Positions 8,839-18,107 are shown, counted from the first letter of the stretch. The stretch is DNA of 39,387 bases from Acidobacteriota bacterium (GCA_013362195.1 JABFWM010000603.1:1-39387); one strand, 5' to 3'. A program made the numbers and translations. Notes: generated by a model not told the origin, from the letters alone.

Positions 8839-9036
8839 CGAGGGTGCGTCGGAGGCGCCCATCACATCGCCACGGGGGCAATGGATGGGCGTGTAATTTT
8901 GATGACGCGCTGGCCTGTTTCGCGCTCATCTGTAGGACATTCGCGTAACAGCCTCATCCACGTTCATGCCGTCCGGCATGCCGTTGGACTAGACGTCCGC
9001 AGCGTGGCAGCGATCTCGCACTGCCACGGCGCCGAG

Positions 9037-11049
9037 ATGTCAACGCGTGTTTCATTGCCTGAGCTGACGGCTGCCGGTGCGCGCCTCCGACCGGGGGACG
9101 CGGTAGCCATCGTCACCGAAATCTGCCGGCAGTACGATCGTGGATGGCTGCGCGGCATGCCATCCGCGCACGTCGTTCGTCTGGCCGAAGACGGCGCCGT
9201 TGTCGTCGAAGGACCTCTCAACACCGACCGGCCGCCGGTTGCGGCGGCGGCGGCGCTGCTCGACGAGCTGCTCGAAGGGTCGGAAGCCCCGTCCGAATAT
9301 CGCGCGCCCGGCGCGTTGCGGCTGGCCGTGGCCCGTGGCCTCGGCACGATCGATCTTCCGCGGTTCTCGTCGGTGCAGGAGTTCTGTGCGGCCGTGTCCC
9401 GCTTTGCGGCACCCGATCTGGGTGAAGTGGTGCAGCGACTGTTCGCGGCGGCCGTGAACCTCACGCGCGGGCCGCTCATCGAAGTCACCCCGCCCGCGCC
9501 CGTGCCGATCGAGCGACCGACCCGCGAAGCGCTGACGATCTCGGACGTGCGCCGCGCGCGCCGGGCGACGGGGTTGTCGCTGCACGAAATCTCCGTCCGC
9601 TCGCACGTGCCGAGCCACCTCCTGCGCGAGCTCGAATGGGGGTACCTGCGCAACTGGCCCGACGGCTTGTATGGCCGTTCGCAACTGGTGCGCTACGCGC
9701 GCGCGGCGGGGCTCGACGAGTCGCTGGTCCTCAGTGTCGCGTGGCCGCTGCTCGAAGAGGCACTCGCGCACCGGGGCGCCGGACGGTTCGAACCGGTGCC
9801 CGCGGAGGCGTCGCCGGAGGCGCTCGTCCCCCGTGAGCCGGCCGCCGATGCCGAGATCATCGACGTCGAAGTGGCGCCGGTGCCGCCGGCGCGCCGCCGC
9901 TCGAGCGCGTGGTGGCTCGCGCCGATTGCCGCATCCGCGATGCTCGGCGCCACGTTCGGCCCCGCGGTGTGGCCGCGCGTGCAACAGGGCCTGGCGACGT
10001 TCTCGGGCGGAGCCGTGCCGCAGGCGGCGGACGCATCGCCCGCGCCGGCGTCGAGCGACCGCGGCGCGTCATCGATGCCGGCGAACGTCGATCGCCGCGA
10101 TGCCACATCGTCACGGTCGCAAGGGACGAGGGCGGATGCCGCGGCGGGTGTCGCGACGGCAACGGCAGGCGCTGCGGACACGGATGCCGCGGCCGCGCTC
10201 GATCGTCCGCACCCGATTGACGCGAACACCGCCGAGCTCCGGCCGACGCTGGCCAACACCGACGGCGGACCGCGCGAGATCGCGGATCCCGTGTCGTACT
10301 CCCCTGGTTTTTCGAATACGGGTACCGCGATGTTCTTCCACGAGGAGCATCGCGACGGAGCGGCGCTGGTGCGCGCCGACACCAGTGCGGGCGGCGAGAT
10401 CCTGAAGATCACGCGCATCGTCGACGACAGCGCCCGCAACTTCCACGTGCGGCCGTCGCCCGACGGCGCGTCGATCGCGTTCGACTCCGATCGCGAGGGC
10501 ACGCGCGGCGTGTTCGTCGCCGACGCTGACGGCCGCAACGTCCGCCGCGTCAGCGGAGATGGCTTCGCGGCGGTTCCGAGCTGGTCACCCGACGGATCGC
10601 AGCTCGCGTTCGTCAAGGGCGAACCCGGCGATCCCGGCGTGTGGAATCTCTGGACGGCGGATCTCAAGAGCGGCGAACTGCAGCGCCGCACCTCGTACAA
10701 ATCCGGGGAGCCGTGGGGCGCCTCGTGGTTCCCCGACGGCACGCACCTCGCCTACAGCCACGACCAGCAGCTGGTCGTGATGGATCTGGAGAGCGGCGGG
10801 CGCCGTGGGTACGACACGCCGGTCAAAGGACGACCGGTGCGCACGCCGGCCGTCTCGCCAGACGGCCGCCGCATCATCTTCCAGGTCTCTCACGAGGGCG
10901 CGTGGCTGCTCGATCTGCGGACGGGCAACATGCGCCGGGTGCTCGACGATCCCAGCGCCGAGGAGTACACCTGGTCGCCAGACGGCCACCGCGTTGCCTT
11001 CCACAGCCAGAAGACCGGCGGATGGGGCGTCTGGGTCATGGGCCAGTAG
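9037..11049 (+). CDS. Membrane protein: N-terminal cytoplasmic domain + RodZ-like HTH + TM + C-terminal PD40/TolB-like beta-propeller
   Basis: The HTH_25/RodZ-like segment is LTISDVRRARRATGLSLHEISVRSHVPSHLLRELEWGYLRNWPDGLYGRSQLVRYARAAGLD and the TM segment is WWLAPIAASAMLGATFGPAVW. Repeated PD40-like units are SPDGASIAFDSDREG, SWSPDGSQLAF, WFPDGTHLAY, VSPDGRRIIF and WSPDGHRVAF. The start is set at ATG 9037 because codons 8881-9036 have visibly lower GC3 than true coding DNA here. Confidence 0.7.
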   Translation: MSTRVSLPELTAAGARLRPGDAVAIVTEICRQYDRGWLRGMPSAHVVRLAEDGAVVVEGPLNTDRPPVAAAAALLDELLEGSEAPSEYRAPGALRLAVARGLGTIDLPRFSSVQEFCAAVSRFAAPDLGEVVQRLFAAAVNLTRGPLIEVTPPAPVPIERPTREALTISDVRRARRATGLSLHEISVRSHVPSHLLRELEWGYLRNWPDGLYGRSQLVRYARAAGLDESLVLSVAWPLLEEALAHRGAGRFEPVPAEASPEALVPREPAADAEIIDVEVAPVPPARRRSSAWWLAPIAASAMLGATFGPAVWPRVQQGLATFSGGAVPQAADASPAPASSDRGASSMPANVDRRDATSSRSQGTRADAAAGVATATAGAADTDAAAALDRPHPIDANTAELRPTLANTDGGPREIADPVSYSPGFSNTGTAMFFHEEHRDGAALVRADTSAGGEILKITRIVDDSARNFHVRPSPDGASIAFDSDREGTRGVFVADADGRNVRRVSGDGFAAVPSWSPDGSQLAFVKGEPGDPGVWNLWTADLKSGELQRRTSYKSGEPWGASWFPDGTHLAYSHDQQLVVMDLESGGRRGYDTPVKGRPVRTPAVSPDGRRIIFQVSHEGAWLLDLRTGNMRRVLDDPSAEEYTWSPDGHRVAFHSQKTGGWGVWVMGQ

Positions 11050-11113
11050 CGACCGGCGCCTGCGTTCGCCGTCCGAGGCGGCGCCCGGCGAGATCTGTTA
11101 TCCTGCGGGCGCA

Positions 11114-12397
11114 TTGGCCGCCCGCTCGATCACAATTCTGACGGCCGCCGTCCTGGCGCTTGCGTCGTGCGGCCGTCGCGAAGATCCGCCGCCGCCGATG
11201 CGGTCGCACGCTGACGTGCGGCTGACGTCCGAGATCGAATTGATCGAGGCGCGGGTCCCGCGCCACGCCACGCTCGACACGCTCCTTCGTGCTCACCACC
11301 TGCAGGACGGTTTCGTCGCCGGCGCCGTGGCCGCCGCGCGCGCGGTCTTCGATCCGCGCCAGCTGCGCGCCGATCGTCCCTATCGCCTGGTCCGGACGAT
11401 TGACGGTCTCCTCCGCGAGTTCGAATACCAGATCGACACCGATCGCTTTCTTCGAATCGTGAACCGCCTGGGCGACGCGGGCGGCGGGCTGGACGCCGAG
11501 GTCCTCGCGTACGAGAAGCAGACCGACATCGTGGCCATCGACGCGAAGATCGATGGCGACCATCCGTCGCTCATCGCCGCCATCGACGAGAGCGGCGAGC
11601 ACGTGCAGCTCGCGATGGCGCTCGCGGAGATCTTCAGCGGCACGGTGGACTTCGAAAGCGATCTGCAGCCCGGCGACTCGTTCCGCGTGTTGTTCGAAAA
11701 GCGATCGCACGACGGCGCGTTCTCGGACTACGGCGCGATCCTCGGCGCCGCGATCGACGTCGACGGCCGGCGCCATCAGGCGTTCCGCTGGATTGATCCG
11801 GGAAACGGGAAACCGTCCTACTACGACGAGAACGGCCGCTCGCTGAAACGCTTCTTCCTGCGCTCGCCGCTGCGGTTCGAGCCCCGCATCACCTCAGGCT
11901 TTTCCCGGCGGCGCCTGCATCCGATCGACCGGGTCTATCGGGCGCACCTTGGCGTCGATTACGGCGCGCCCACCGGCTCCGCGGTCGTCGCCGTGGCCAA
12001 TGGCGTCGTGGTCTCCGCGAACTACAGCGGCGCCGGCGGCAACATGGTGCATCTCAAGCATCCCGGCGGGTTCGAGACCTACTACCTCCACCTGTCCGGG
12101 TTCGGCAAAGGCATTCGTCCGGGCGCGCGCGTGGAGCAGGGGCAGGTGATCGGCCGCGTCGGCTCGACCGGCGCCGCCACCGGGCCGCATCTCGACTATC
12201 GATTGAAGCAGGCGGGCGTGTTCGTGAATCCGCTTGCGACGCACTCCCGTCAGGCGCCCGGCGAGCCGATTCCGGCCAGCCACCTCGCCGCGTTCCGCTC
12301 GTCGCGCGACGCGCTGCTCGCACAGCTGTCGTCAACGCTCCTCGCGGACGCGGCGCCCAGGCCCGACGCGGCGCGGGCGCGCGCCGCGGACAAATAA
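11114..12397 (+). CDS. M23 family (LytM-type) peptidoglycan metalloendopeptidase, lipoprotein
   Basis: A TTG 11114 start gives M-AARSITILTAAVLALASC, a lipobox-like signal. The catalytic region is HLGVDYGAPTGSAVVAVANG...YYLHLS...GRVGSTGAATGPHLDYRL (the HxxxD and HxH-type M23 motifs). The ORF-track start at 10805 overlaps the previous gene. Confidence 0.8.
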   Translation: MAARSITILTAAVLALASCGRREDPPPPMRSHADVRLTSEIELIEARVPRHATLDTLLRAHHLQDGFVAGAVAAARAVFDPRQLRADRPYRLVRTIDGLLREFEYQIDTDRFLRIVNRLGDAGGGLDAEVLAYEKQTDIVAIDAKIDGDHPSLIAAIDESGEHVQLAMALAEIFSGTVDFESDLQPGDSFRVLFEKRSHDGAFSDYGAILGAAIDVDGRRHQAFRWIDPGNGKPSYYDENGRSLKRFFLRSPLRFEPRITSGFSRRRLHPIDRVYRAHLGVDYGAPTGSAVVAVANGVVVSANYSGAGGNMVHLKHPGGFETYYLHLSGFGKGIRPGARVEQGQVIGRVGSTGAATGPHLDYRLKQAGVFVNPLATHSRQAPGEPIPASHLAAFRSSRDALLAQLSSTLLADAAPRPDAARARAADK

Positions 12398-12416
12398 TCC
12401 CCCGCCTGCTTCGCGG

Positions 12417-15353
12417 TCAGAAGGTCAGCTTCGCTGCCAGCTGCATGATGCGCGGGCCCGACGAGGTGAGCGGGTCGCCAAAGTTGGACGCGCGCGTCAG
12501 CACGGTACCGCTGGCCGTATAGAGGCCGGTGCGCACCGAACTGATGTTGTCGCGGTTCAGCAGATTGAACGCCTCCCAGATCACCTGCAGCTTTGCCCGT
12601 CGCAGGCCGAAGTCGCGGGCGATGCGCGGATCGAGCGTGACCTGCGCGGGCAGCCGGAACTGGTTGCGCGTCGTGCCCGGCGCGATGTCGTTGCGATTGT
12701 TGCCGTCGCGATTGATGTCCGCGCTGACGTAGCCGCTGTAGGGCTGCCCCGACTGGGCGGTGAAGATCGCCGCGAACGTCCAGCCTCCCGTCAGGTGACG
12801 CGCGACCGGGCTGCCGCCCCGCCCGCTCGTCGTGTACACGCCGCTCGCCACGACACGGTGCCGCTGATCGTTGTTGCCCGGCGCGCGGTCGGTTTCGAAA
12901 TCGGCCGGGTTCGACGCGAACTTCGCATCGTCACCGCCGCCCGGAACGACCGCCGTGGCATCGGGCACCGTGTCTTCGACTTTGCCGAGCGTGTAGGCGG
13001 CCCGGCCCTGGAAGCCGTGGCTGAAGCGGCGATTCACCTCGAAGGTGACGCCGTGATACGTCGAGAGTGCGGAGCTCTCGAACTGAATGATGCGGCCGAA
13101 ACTGGTGAACGGGCCGCCGGCGAACTGATAGTGCGGCAGCGCCTCGCCGGCGTTGGTCGTGAACGTCACCGGCAGCGCGGCACCGATGTTGATGTCCGTC
13201 GAGCGCGAGAGCTGATCGCCGTGCACGAACAGGTAGCTCACCGACGCCGACGTGGCGCCGTTCAGCGCGTAATCGACGCCGGCGCTCGCCTGCTGCACGC
13301 GCGGGTTCTGATAGCCGGGATCGAACACGAAGATCGTCGGCTTCGGGATCGTGGCGCCGCTCGGAATCGACGTGAAGATGTTCGGATAGGTCGGCACCAG
13401 GGCGCCGGTGAACGTGATCGTCTGCACGTTGATGCCGTTGTTCGAGTGCGCGGTGCCGACCATGATGGACGGCGTCCGCCCGTAGAAGAGGCCGTAGCCC
13501 GCGCGCGCCACATAGCGGCGGCCGGACGGGCTCCACGCCAGGCCGACGCGCGGTCCCCAGTTGTTCACGTCCGTGTTGAGGCGGCTCGTGTCGATGCCGG
13601 CGTTCGCGAGCTGCGGATCGGGGTTGCGCACCGTCGGCTGCGCGAACCGCTGCAGGTCGTAGCGCAGGCCGACGTTCGCGGTCAGATCGGACGAGAGCCG
13701 CCACTCGTCCTGCGCGAAGAACGAGTACTCGTTGATGTCCGGGTGCGTTTCAGGGCCCGTGGTGTTCGGCCCGGCGAACGCCTGCGTGTACCGCTCGCCC
13801 GCCCCCTCGGGCCGGCCGCCCGCAAACGACGCCAGGCTGTTGAACAGATAGTTGCCCGAGAAATTGCCGGGGAAGAAGTTGAGGATGCGATCGAACTGCG
13901 CGTCCACTCCGGCCTTCAGCTTGTGCGCGCCGGCAATCCACGTGATGGCGTCCGCCGCCTGGACGCGGGTGATCGTGGTCTCGCGCGGGCTGAAGTTGTT
14001 GCGCCCGATGACGAGCACGGTCGAGACGCCCTGCCGGATCGTCGCTTCGGGGTTCTCGCTGTTCGAGAAGCCCGGCTCGCGGTCGCGCGCCCACTGCACG
14101 CGCGCTTCGTTGAGCAGCGTCGGGCGGAACACGCTGGTGAGGCCGCCGTTGATCGTCCGCGTGCGCACGTTCGACGCGCCGGTGTGCTCCAGCGAGTTCT
14201 GCGGCCCGCCGTTCTCGAAGCCCTTGCCGGTGAAGTTCTGATGGTTGTAGCGGAGCGTCAGGCGCTGCCCCGGCGAGAGTTGCGAGTCGGTCTTGACCAG
14301 AAACACGTCCTGGTTCTGCGTGCGCGTCCAGCTGGTCGCGAGCGGCTGCAGGCGCGCGAGCGCGGCCTGCGTCGCCGCATCGGCCGGCGTGCCGGCGGGC
14401 ACGTTCAGAAACACGTCGTTCGGCTGCGTGTTCCGCTGGCCGTCGTAGTTCGCGAAGAAGAAATGACGATCGCGCCGCAGCGGGCCGCCGACCGTGCCGC
14501 CGAACTGGTTGTAGTGATACGGGGACTTCGGACGGTTGTTGCGCACGTTGATCGGGTCGTTCGCGTTCAGCGCCTTGTCGCGATAGAACTCGAATGCCGA
14601 TCCGCGCACCTCGTTCGTGCCGGACTTGGTGACGACGTTGATGACGGCGCCGCCGGCTCGCCCGTACTCGGCGGAGTAGGCGTTCGAGTTGACCTGGAAC
14701 TCCTGCACCGCGTCCTGGCTGAACTGATACGGGGCGCGCCCCGATCCGGTCCGCCCCAGCGTCTGCCCGAAGAACGTGTTGTTGTTGTCGGCGCCGTCGA
14801 CGACCAGGCTGTTGAGCGTGCCGCGCTGGCCGGCGAAGCTGATGTCGCCGGTGCGCACGTCGCGCGTCACGCCCGGCGTGAGCAGCGCGAAGTCGATGAA
14901 GTTCCGGCCGTTCACCGGCAGGTTCTGCACCGAGGTCTCGCCGACGGTGGAGCTGACCTGACTGCGGCTGGTCTCGATGACCGGCGTGCTGCCGCTGACC
15001 GTGACGGATTCCGCCACCGTCGACACCGACATCTCGAGCCGAAGCGTCAGCGTCTGGCCGACGTTCAACGTCACGTCGCGCTGCTCGACGGTCTTGAATC
15101 CGCTCAGTTGCGCGTTGACGGCGTACTGCCCGACGGGGAGCACTGGCGCCCGAAACCGCCCTTCGCCGTCGGTCACGACCTCACGCGTGACGCCGGTGGC
15201 CTGATGGGTGATGGTGATGCCGACGCCCGGAAGTACGGCACCGGTGGCATCGAGCACGACGCCGTCGATGGAACCGGTCGCGCTCTGCGCGTACGTCCTT
15301 GCCGAGAGTGACAGGACCGCGAGCACCAGTCCGGCCAGCACACGAATTCGCAT
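12417..15353 (-). CDS. TonB-dependent receptor-like outer-membrane protein with N-terminal carboxypeptidase-regulatory-like domain
   Basis: From the ATG (complement of 15351-15353) it reads MRIRVLAGLVLAVLSLSARTYAQSATGSIDGVVLDATGAVLPGVGITITHQATGV...DGEGRFRAPVLPVGQY. A plug-like region follows (NLPVNGRNFIDFALLTPGV, ISFAGQRG), then a long beta-barrel ending in aromatic ...LAAKLTF. The 1425-aa ORF-track version is an upstream extension through the divergent gene. Confidence 0.85.
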   Translation of the reverse strand: MRIRVLAGLVLAVLSLSARTYAQSATGSIDGVVLDATGAVLPGVGITITHQATGVTREVVTDGEGRFRAPVLPVGQYAVNAQLSGFKTVEQRDVTLNVGQTLTLRLEMSVSTVAESVTVSGSTPVIETSRSQVSSTVGETSVQNLPVNGRNFIDFALLTPGVTRDVRTGDISFAGQRGTLNSLVVDGADNNNTFFGQTLGRTGSGRAPYQFSQDAVQEFQVNSNAYSAEYGRAGGAVINVVTKSGTNEVRGSAFEFYRDKALNANDPINVRNNRPKSPYHYNQFGGTVGGPLRRDRHFFFANYDGQRNTQPNDVFLNVPAGTPADAATQAALARLQPLATSWTRTQNQDVFLVKTDSQLSPGQRLTLRYNHQNFTGKGFENGGPQNSLEHTGASNVRTRTINGGLTSVFRPTLLNEARVQWARDREPGFSNSENPEATIRQGVSTVLVIGRNNFSPRETTITRVQAADAITWIAGAHKLKAGVDAQFDRILNFFPGNFSGNYLFNSLASFAGGRPEGAGERYTQAFAGPNTTGPETHPDINEYSFFAQDEWRLSSDLTANVGLRYDLQRFAQPTVRNPDPQLANAGIDTSRLNTDVNNWGPRVGLAWSPSGRRYVARAGYGLFYGRTPSIMVGTAHSNNGINVQTITFTGALVPTYPNIFTSIPSGATIPKPTIFVFDPGYQNPRVQQASAGVDYALNGATSASVSYLFVHGDQLSRSTDINIGAALPVTFTTNAGEALPHYQFAGGPFTSFGRIIQFESSALSTYHGVTFEVNRRFSHGFQGRAAYTLGKVEDTVPDATAVVPGGGDDAKFASNPADFETDRAPGNNDQRHRVVASGVYTTSGRGGSPVARHLTGGWTFAAIFTAQSGQPYSGYVSADINRDGNNRNDIAPGTTRNQFRLPAQVTLDPRIARDFGLRRAKLQVIWEAFNLLNRDNISSVRTGLYTASGTVLTRASNFGDPLTSSGPRIMQLAAKLTF

Positions 15354-15485
15354 ATTCCCCCCGCGAGACTGAGCAGTGAAGTAGGACGTACGAGCGTACC
15401 GTACTTCCGTCACGTTTCTTCCATGCCCGCCTTTTCGTCCGGCTTTCCTGTACTCGCTTCCGTCCATCGTCGTTACAATATGCGG

Positions 15486-16703
15486 ATGGCCGTCGTCCGT
15501 CCGTTCCGCGCCTTGCGTCCCTCGCGCGACAGCGCTCCCGATGTCTCCTCCGTTCCCTACGACGTCGTCAGCACCGAGGAAGCGAGGGAGATCACGGCGC
15601 AGAACCCGTCGAGTTTCCTGCGCGTCACGCGCGCGGAGGTCGACCTGCCCGCGGGCACCGATCCCTATTCGGACGAGGTCTACGCGAAGGCCCGCGAGAA
15701 CTTCGCCGCCGTGCGCGAGTCGGCGCCGATGATCCTCGACGATGCGCCGGCGGTGTACTTTTACCGGCTGCGGATGGGCGGGCACGAGCAGACCGGGATC
15801 GCCGCGGGCTTCTCCGTCGACGACTACGAGCGGGACGTCATCAAGAAACACGAGCGGACGCGCCGCGACAAGGAAGACGATCGCACGCGCCACATCATCG
15901 AACTGCGCGCGCAGACCGGGGTCGTGTTCCTGACGTTCCGCTCCACCGACGAGATCGACCGCTGCGCGCGAGCGGTCACCGCCGACGAACCGCTCTACGA
16001 TTTCCGCGCGGCGGACGGCGTTCACCACTCGGTCTGGAAGGCGGGCGCGGCAGAATCCGCCTGTCTGCTGGAGGCGTTCGGCGGCATCCCGGCGTTGTAC
16101 ATTGCCGATGGACACCATCGGGCGGCGAGCGCGGCGCGGGCGCGCGGGGAGCTGCGGGCGCGCGGCGACGCGGGCGACGCCGACACGTTCATTGCCGTGG
16201 CGTTCCCCGACCGCGAGACGCAGATCCTGCCCTACAACCGGACCGTCAGGGATCTTGCCGGTCAGACGCCGGAGCAGTTTCTGGCCGCCGTCGGCGGCGG
16301 CGTGCCGGTGCGCGAAGGAAGCGCAACGCCGCGCCACAAGGGCGAAGTGGCGATGTTCGTGGCCGGCCGCTGGTACACGATCGATCTGTCGCAGGCCGCG
16401 CCGGCCGACGGTTCGCGCGCGAGCGGCCTCGATGTCGCGCTGCTGCAGCGGCACGTGCTCGAGCGCCACCTGAAGATCGGCGACGTACGCACCGACAAGC
16501 GGATCGATTTCGTCGGCGGCGCGCGCGGCGTCGCCGCGCTCGAGGCGGCCGTGCAGCAGGAGCGGGCGGCGGTCGCCTTCGCGATGTATCCCGTCACCAT
16601 CGACGATCTCATGTCGATCGCCGACGAAGGCGGCATCATGCCGCCGAAGTCGACATGGTTCGAGCCGAAGCTGCGGGACGGGTTGTTGGTGCACCTCATT
16701 TAG
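15486..16703 (+). CDS. DUF1015 family protein
   Basis: MAVVRPFRALRPSRDSAPDVSSVPYDVVSTEEAREITAQNPSSFLRVTRAE... matches the conserved DUF1015 N-terminus (M..i.PF.alRP......v...PYDVi). YIADGHHR is present mid-protein. The alternative ATG is at 15480. Confidence 0.8.
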   Translation: MAVVRPFRALRPSRDSAPDVSSVPYDVVSTEEAREITAQNPSSFLRVTRAEVDLPAGTDPYSDEVYAKARENFAAVRESAPMILDDAPAVYFYRLRMGGHEQTGIAAGFSVDDYERDVIKKHERTRRDKEDDRTRHIIELRAQTGVVFLTFRSTDEIDRCARAVTADEPLYDFRAADGVHHSVWKAGAAESACLLEAFGGIPALYIADGHHRAASAARARGELRARGDAGDADTFIAVAFPDRETQILPYNRTVRDLAGQTPEQFLAAVGGGVPVREGSATPRHKGEVAMFVAGRWYTIDLSQAAPADGSRASGLDVALLQRHVLERHLKIGDVRTDKRIDFVGGARGVAALEAAVQQERAAVAFAMYPVTIDDLMSIADEGGIMPPKSTWFEPKLRDGLLVHLI

Positions 16704-16808
16704 CGGGCGGTGACAGCAGGCTGGCGGCAGCCCTGGCCTTCAGCCCTGGCTCACCGCCGGGTCCAGCGCCGGCCTCCACCGCCCCGCGAGAATGGTTCGA
16801 CCGCGACT

Positions 16809-18059
16809 ATGAAGGTACTTGTCGCCGACAAGTTCGAGAAGAGCGGGATCGACGGCCTCACGGCCGCCGGCTGCGACGTCGTCTACGAGCCCGATCTGAA
16901 GGACGATGCGCTGGCGCAGGCAATCGCGTCGAGCGGCGCCGACGTCCTGGTCGTGCGCGGCACGAAGGTCACGGCGCCGATGCTCGATGCCGGCCGGCTC
17001 TCGCTGATCGTGCGGGCCGGCGCGGGATACAACACCATCGACGTGGCCGGCGCGTCGACGCGCGGCATCTACGTGTCGAACTGCCCGGGCAAGAACGCGA
17101 TCGCGGTCGCCGAGCTCGCGTTCGGGCTGATCCTCTCGCTCGACCGCCGCATTCCCGACAACGTGCGCGAGCTCCGCGCCGGCAGCTGGAACAAGAAGGA
17201 ATACTCCAGGGCACAGGGCCTCTACGGCCGCACGCTCGGGTTGCTTGGCGTCGGCAGCATCGGGCGCGAGATGATCCGGCGCGCCGGCGGCTTTGGCATG
17301 AACGTCGTGCTGTGGAGCCGGCGCTTCGACGGCGAACGGCGCCCGGTCACGGAGGTCGAAGCACGCGAGCTCGGCATCGAGAGCGTCCTCCGCTCGATCA
17401 GCATCGAGCTGGCGCCGACGCCGGCCGACGTCGCGGCGCGCGCGGACGTGCTCAGCGTGCACGTCGCGCTCGGTGCGGAGACCAGGGGCCTCGTCAACGC
17501 GGCGCTGCTCGCGAGGCTGAAGCCCGGCGCCATCGTCATCAACACGGCGCGCGGGGAAGTGGTCGATTATGCGGCGCTCGCGGCGGCGGTGAAGGAGCGC
17601 AATCTCCGCGTCGGCCTCGACGTCTACGCGAACGAGCCGGGCAGCGCCACGGCGCCGTTCCACGACGATCTCGTCACCCTGCCGGGTGTCTACGGCACGC
17701 ACCACATCGGGGCATCGACCGATCAGGCGCAGGAGGCGATCGCCGCCGAGACCGTTCGCGTCGTCCGCAGCTACAAGGAAACCGGCCACGTCCCCAACGT
17801 CGTCAATCTCGCGCGCCGCACGCCTGCGACGCACATGCTGGTGGTGCGGCACCGCGATCGTCCCGGCGTGCTCGCGCACGTCTTCAGCCATCTGCGCCAG
17901 GCGAACCTCAACGTGCAGGAGACCGAGAACATCGTCTTCGAAGGCGCACAGGCCGCGGTGGCGCGCATCAATCTCGACGGCGAGCCGAATGCCTCGTTAT
18001 GTGAAACGATCAAGAGCGGGAACGCCGACGTGCTCGATCTGCAGCTGGTAAGGCTCTGA
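16809..18059 (+). CDS. serA: D-3-phosphoglycerate dehydrogenase with C-terminal ACT domain
   Basis: MKVLVADKFEKSGIDGL... Other landmarks are the NAD-binding GLLGVGSIGRE, the catalytic region NTARGEVVD...HIGAST and an ACT-like tail HMLVVRHRDRPGVLAHVFSHLRQANLNVQE. The ORF-track start at 16710 is an extension. Confidence 0.9.
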   Translation: MKVLVADKFEKSGIDGLTAAGCDVVYEPDLKDDALAQAIASSGADVLVVRGTKVTAPMLDAGRLSLIVRAGAGYNTIDVAGASTRGIYVSNCPGKNAIAVAELAFGLILSLDRRIPDNVRELRAGSWNKKEYSRAQGLYGRTLGLLGVGSIGREMIRRAGGFGMNVVLWSRRFDGERRPVTEVEARELGIESVLRSISIELAPTPADVAARADVLSVHVALGAETRGLVNAALLARLKPGAIVINTARGEVVDYAALAAAVKERNLRVGLDVYANEPGSATAPFHDDLVTLPGVYGTHHIGASTDQAQEAIAAETVRVVRSYKETGHVPNVVNLARRTPATHMLVVRHRDRPGVLAHVFSHLRQANLNVQETENIVFEGAQAAVARINLDGEPNASLCETIKSGNADVLDLQLVRL

Positions 18060-18062
18060 AAG

Positions 18063-18104
18063 AGGAGACAGAATACAGGAGACAGGAGTCAGGAGTCAGG
18101 ATCG
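18063..18104 (+). repeat. Six tandem heptamers AGGAGNC-like (AGGAGAC AGAATAC AGGAGAC AGGAGTC AGGAGTC AGGATCG) in the serA-serC spacer
   Basis: Read directly from the sequence. The array fills almost the entire 48-nt spacer. The last AGGA ends 6 nt before the serC ATG. Confidence 0.9.
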
Positions 18105-18107
18105 CTT

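Noticed and set aside
8881-9036. A 52-codon N-terminal extension (MDGRVILMTRWPVSRSS...) of the HTH-PD40 gene.
   Set aside because: The third codon positions are much less G/C-biased than in confirmed coding regions of this window, and the peptide has no recognisable features. I treated it as 5' leader, though the longer form cannot be excluded.
15354-16694. Upstream extension of the TonB-dependent receptor ORF to 1425 aa. There are analogous N-terminal extensions in the track at 10-327, 2787-3188, 10805-11113, 16710-16808, 29549-29671, 31575-32645 and 35218-35847.
   Set aside because: The extensions overlap well-supported genes on the same or opposite strand, or run through intergenic repeats. 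Internal starts give proper signal peptides or lipoboxes, canonical family N-termini and, where visible, SD-like sequences.
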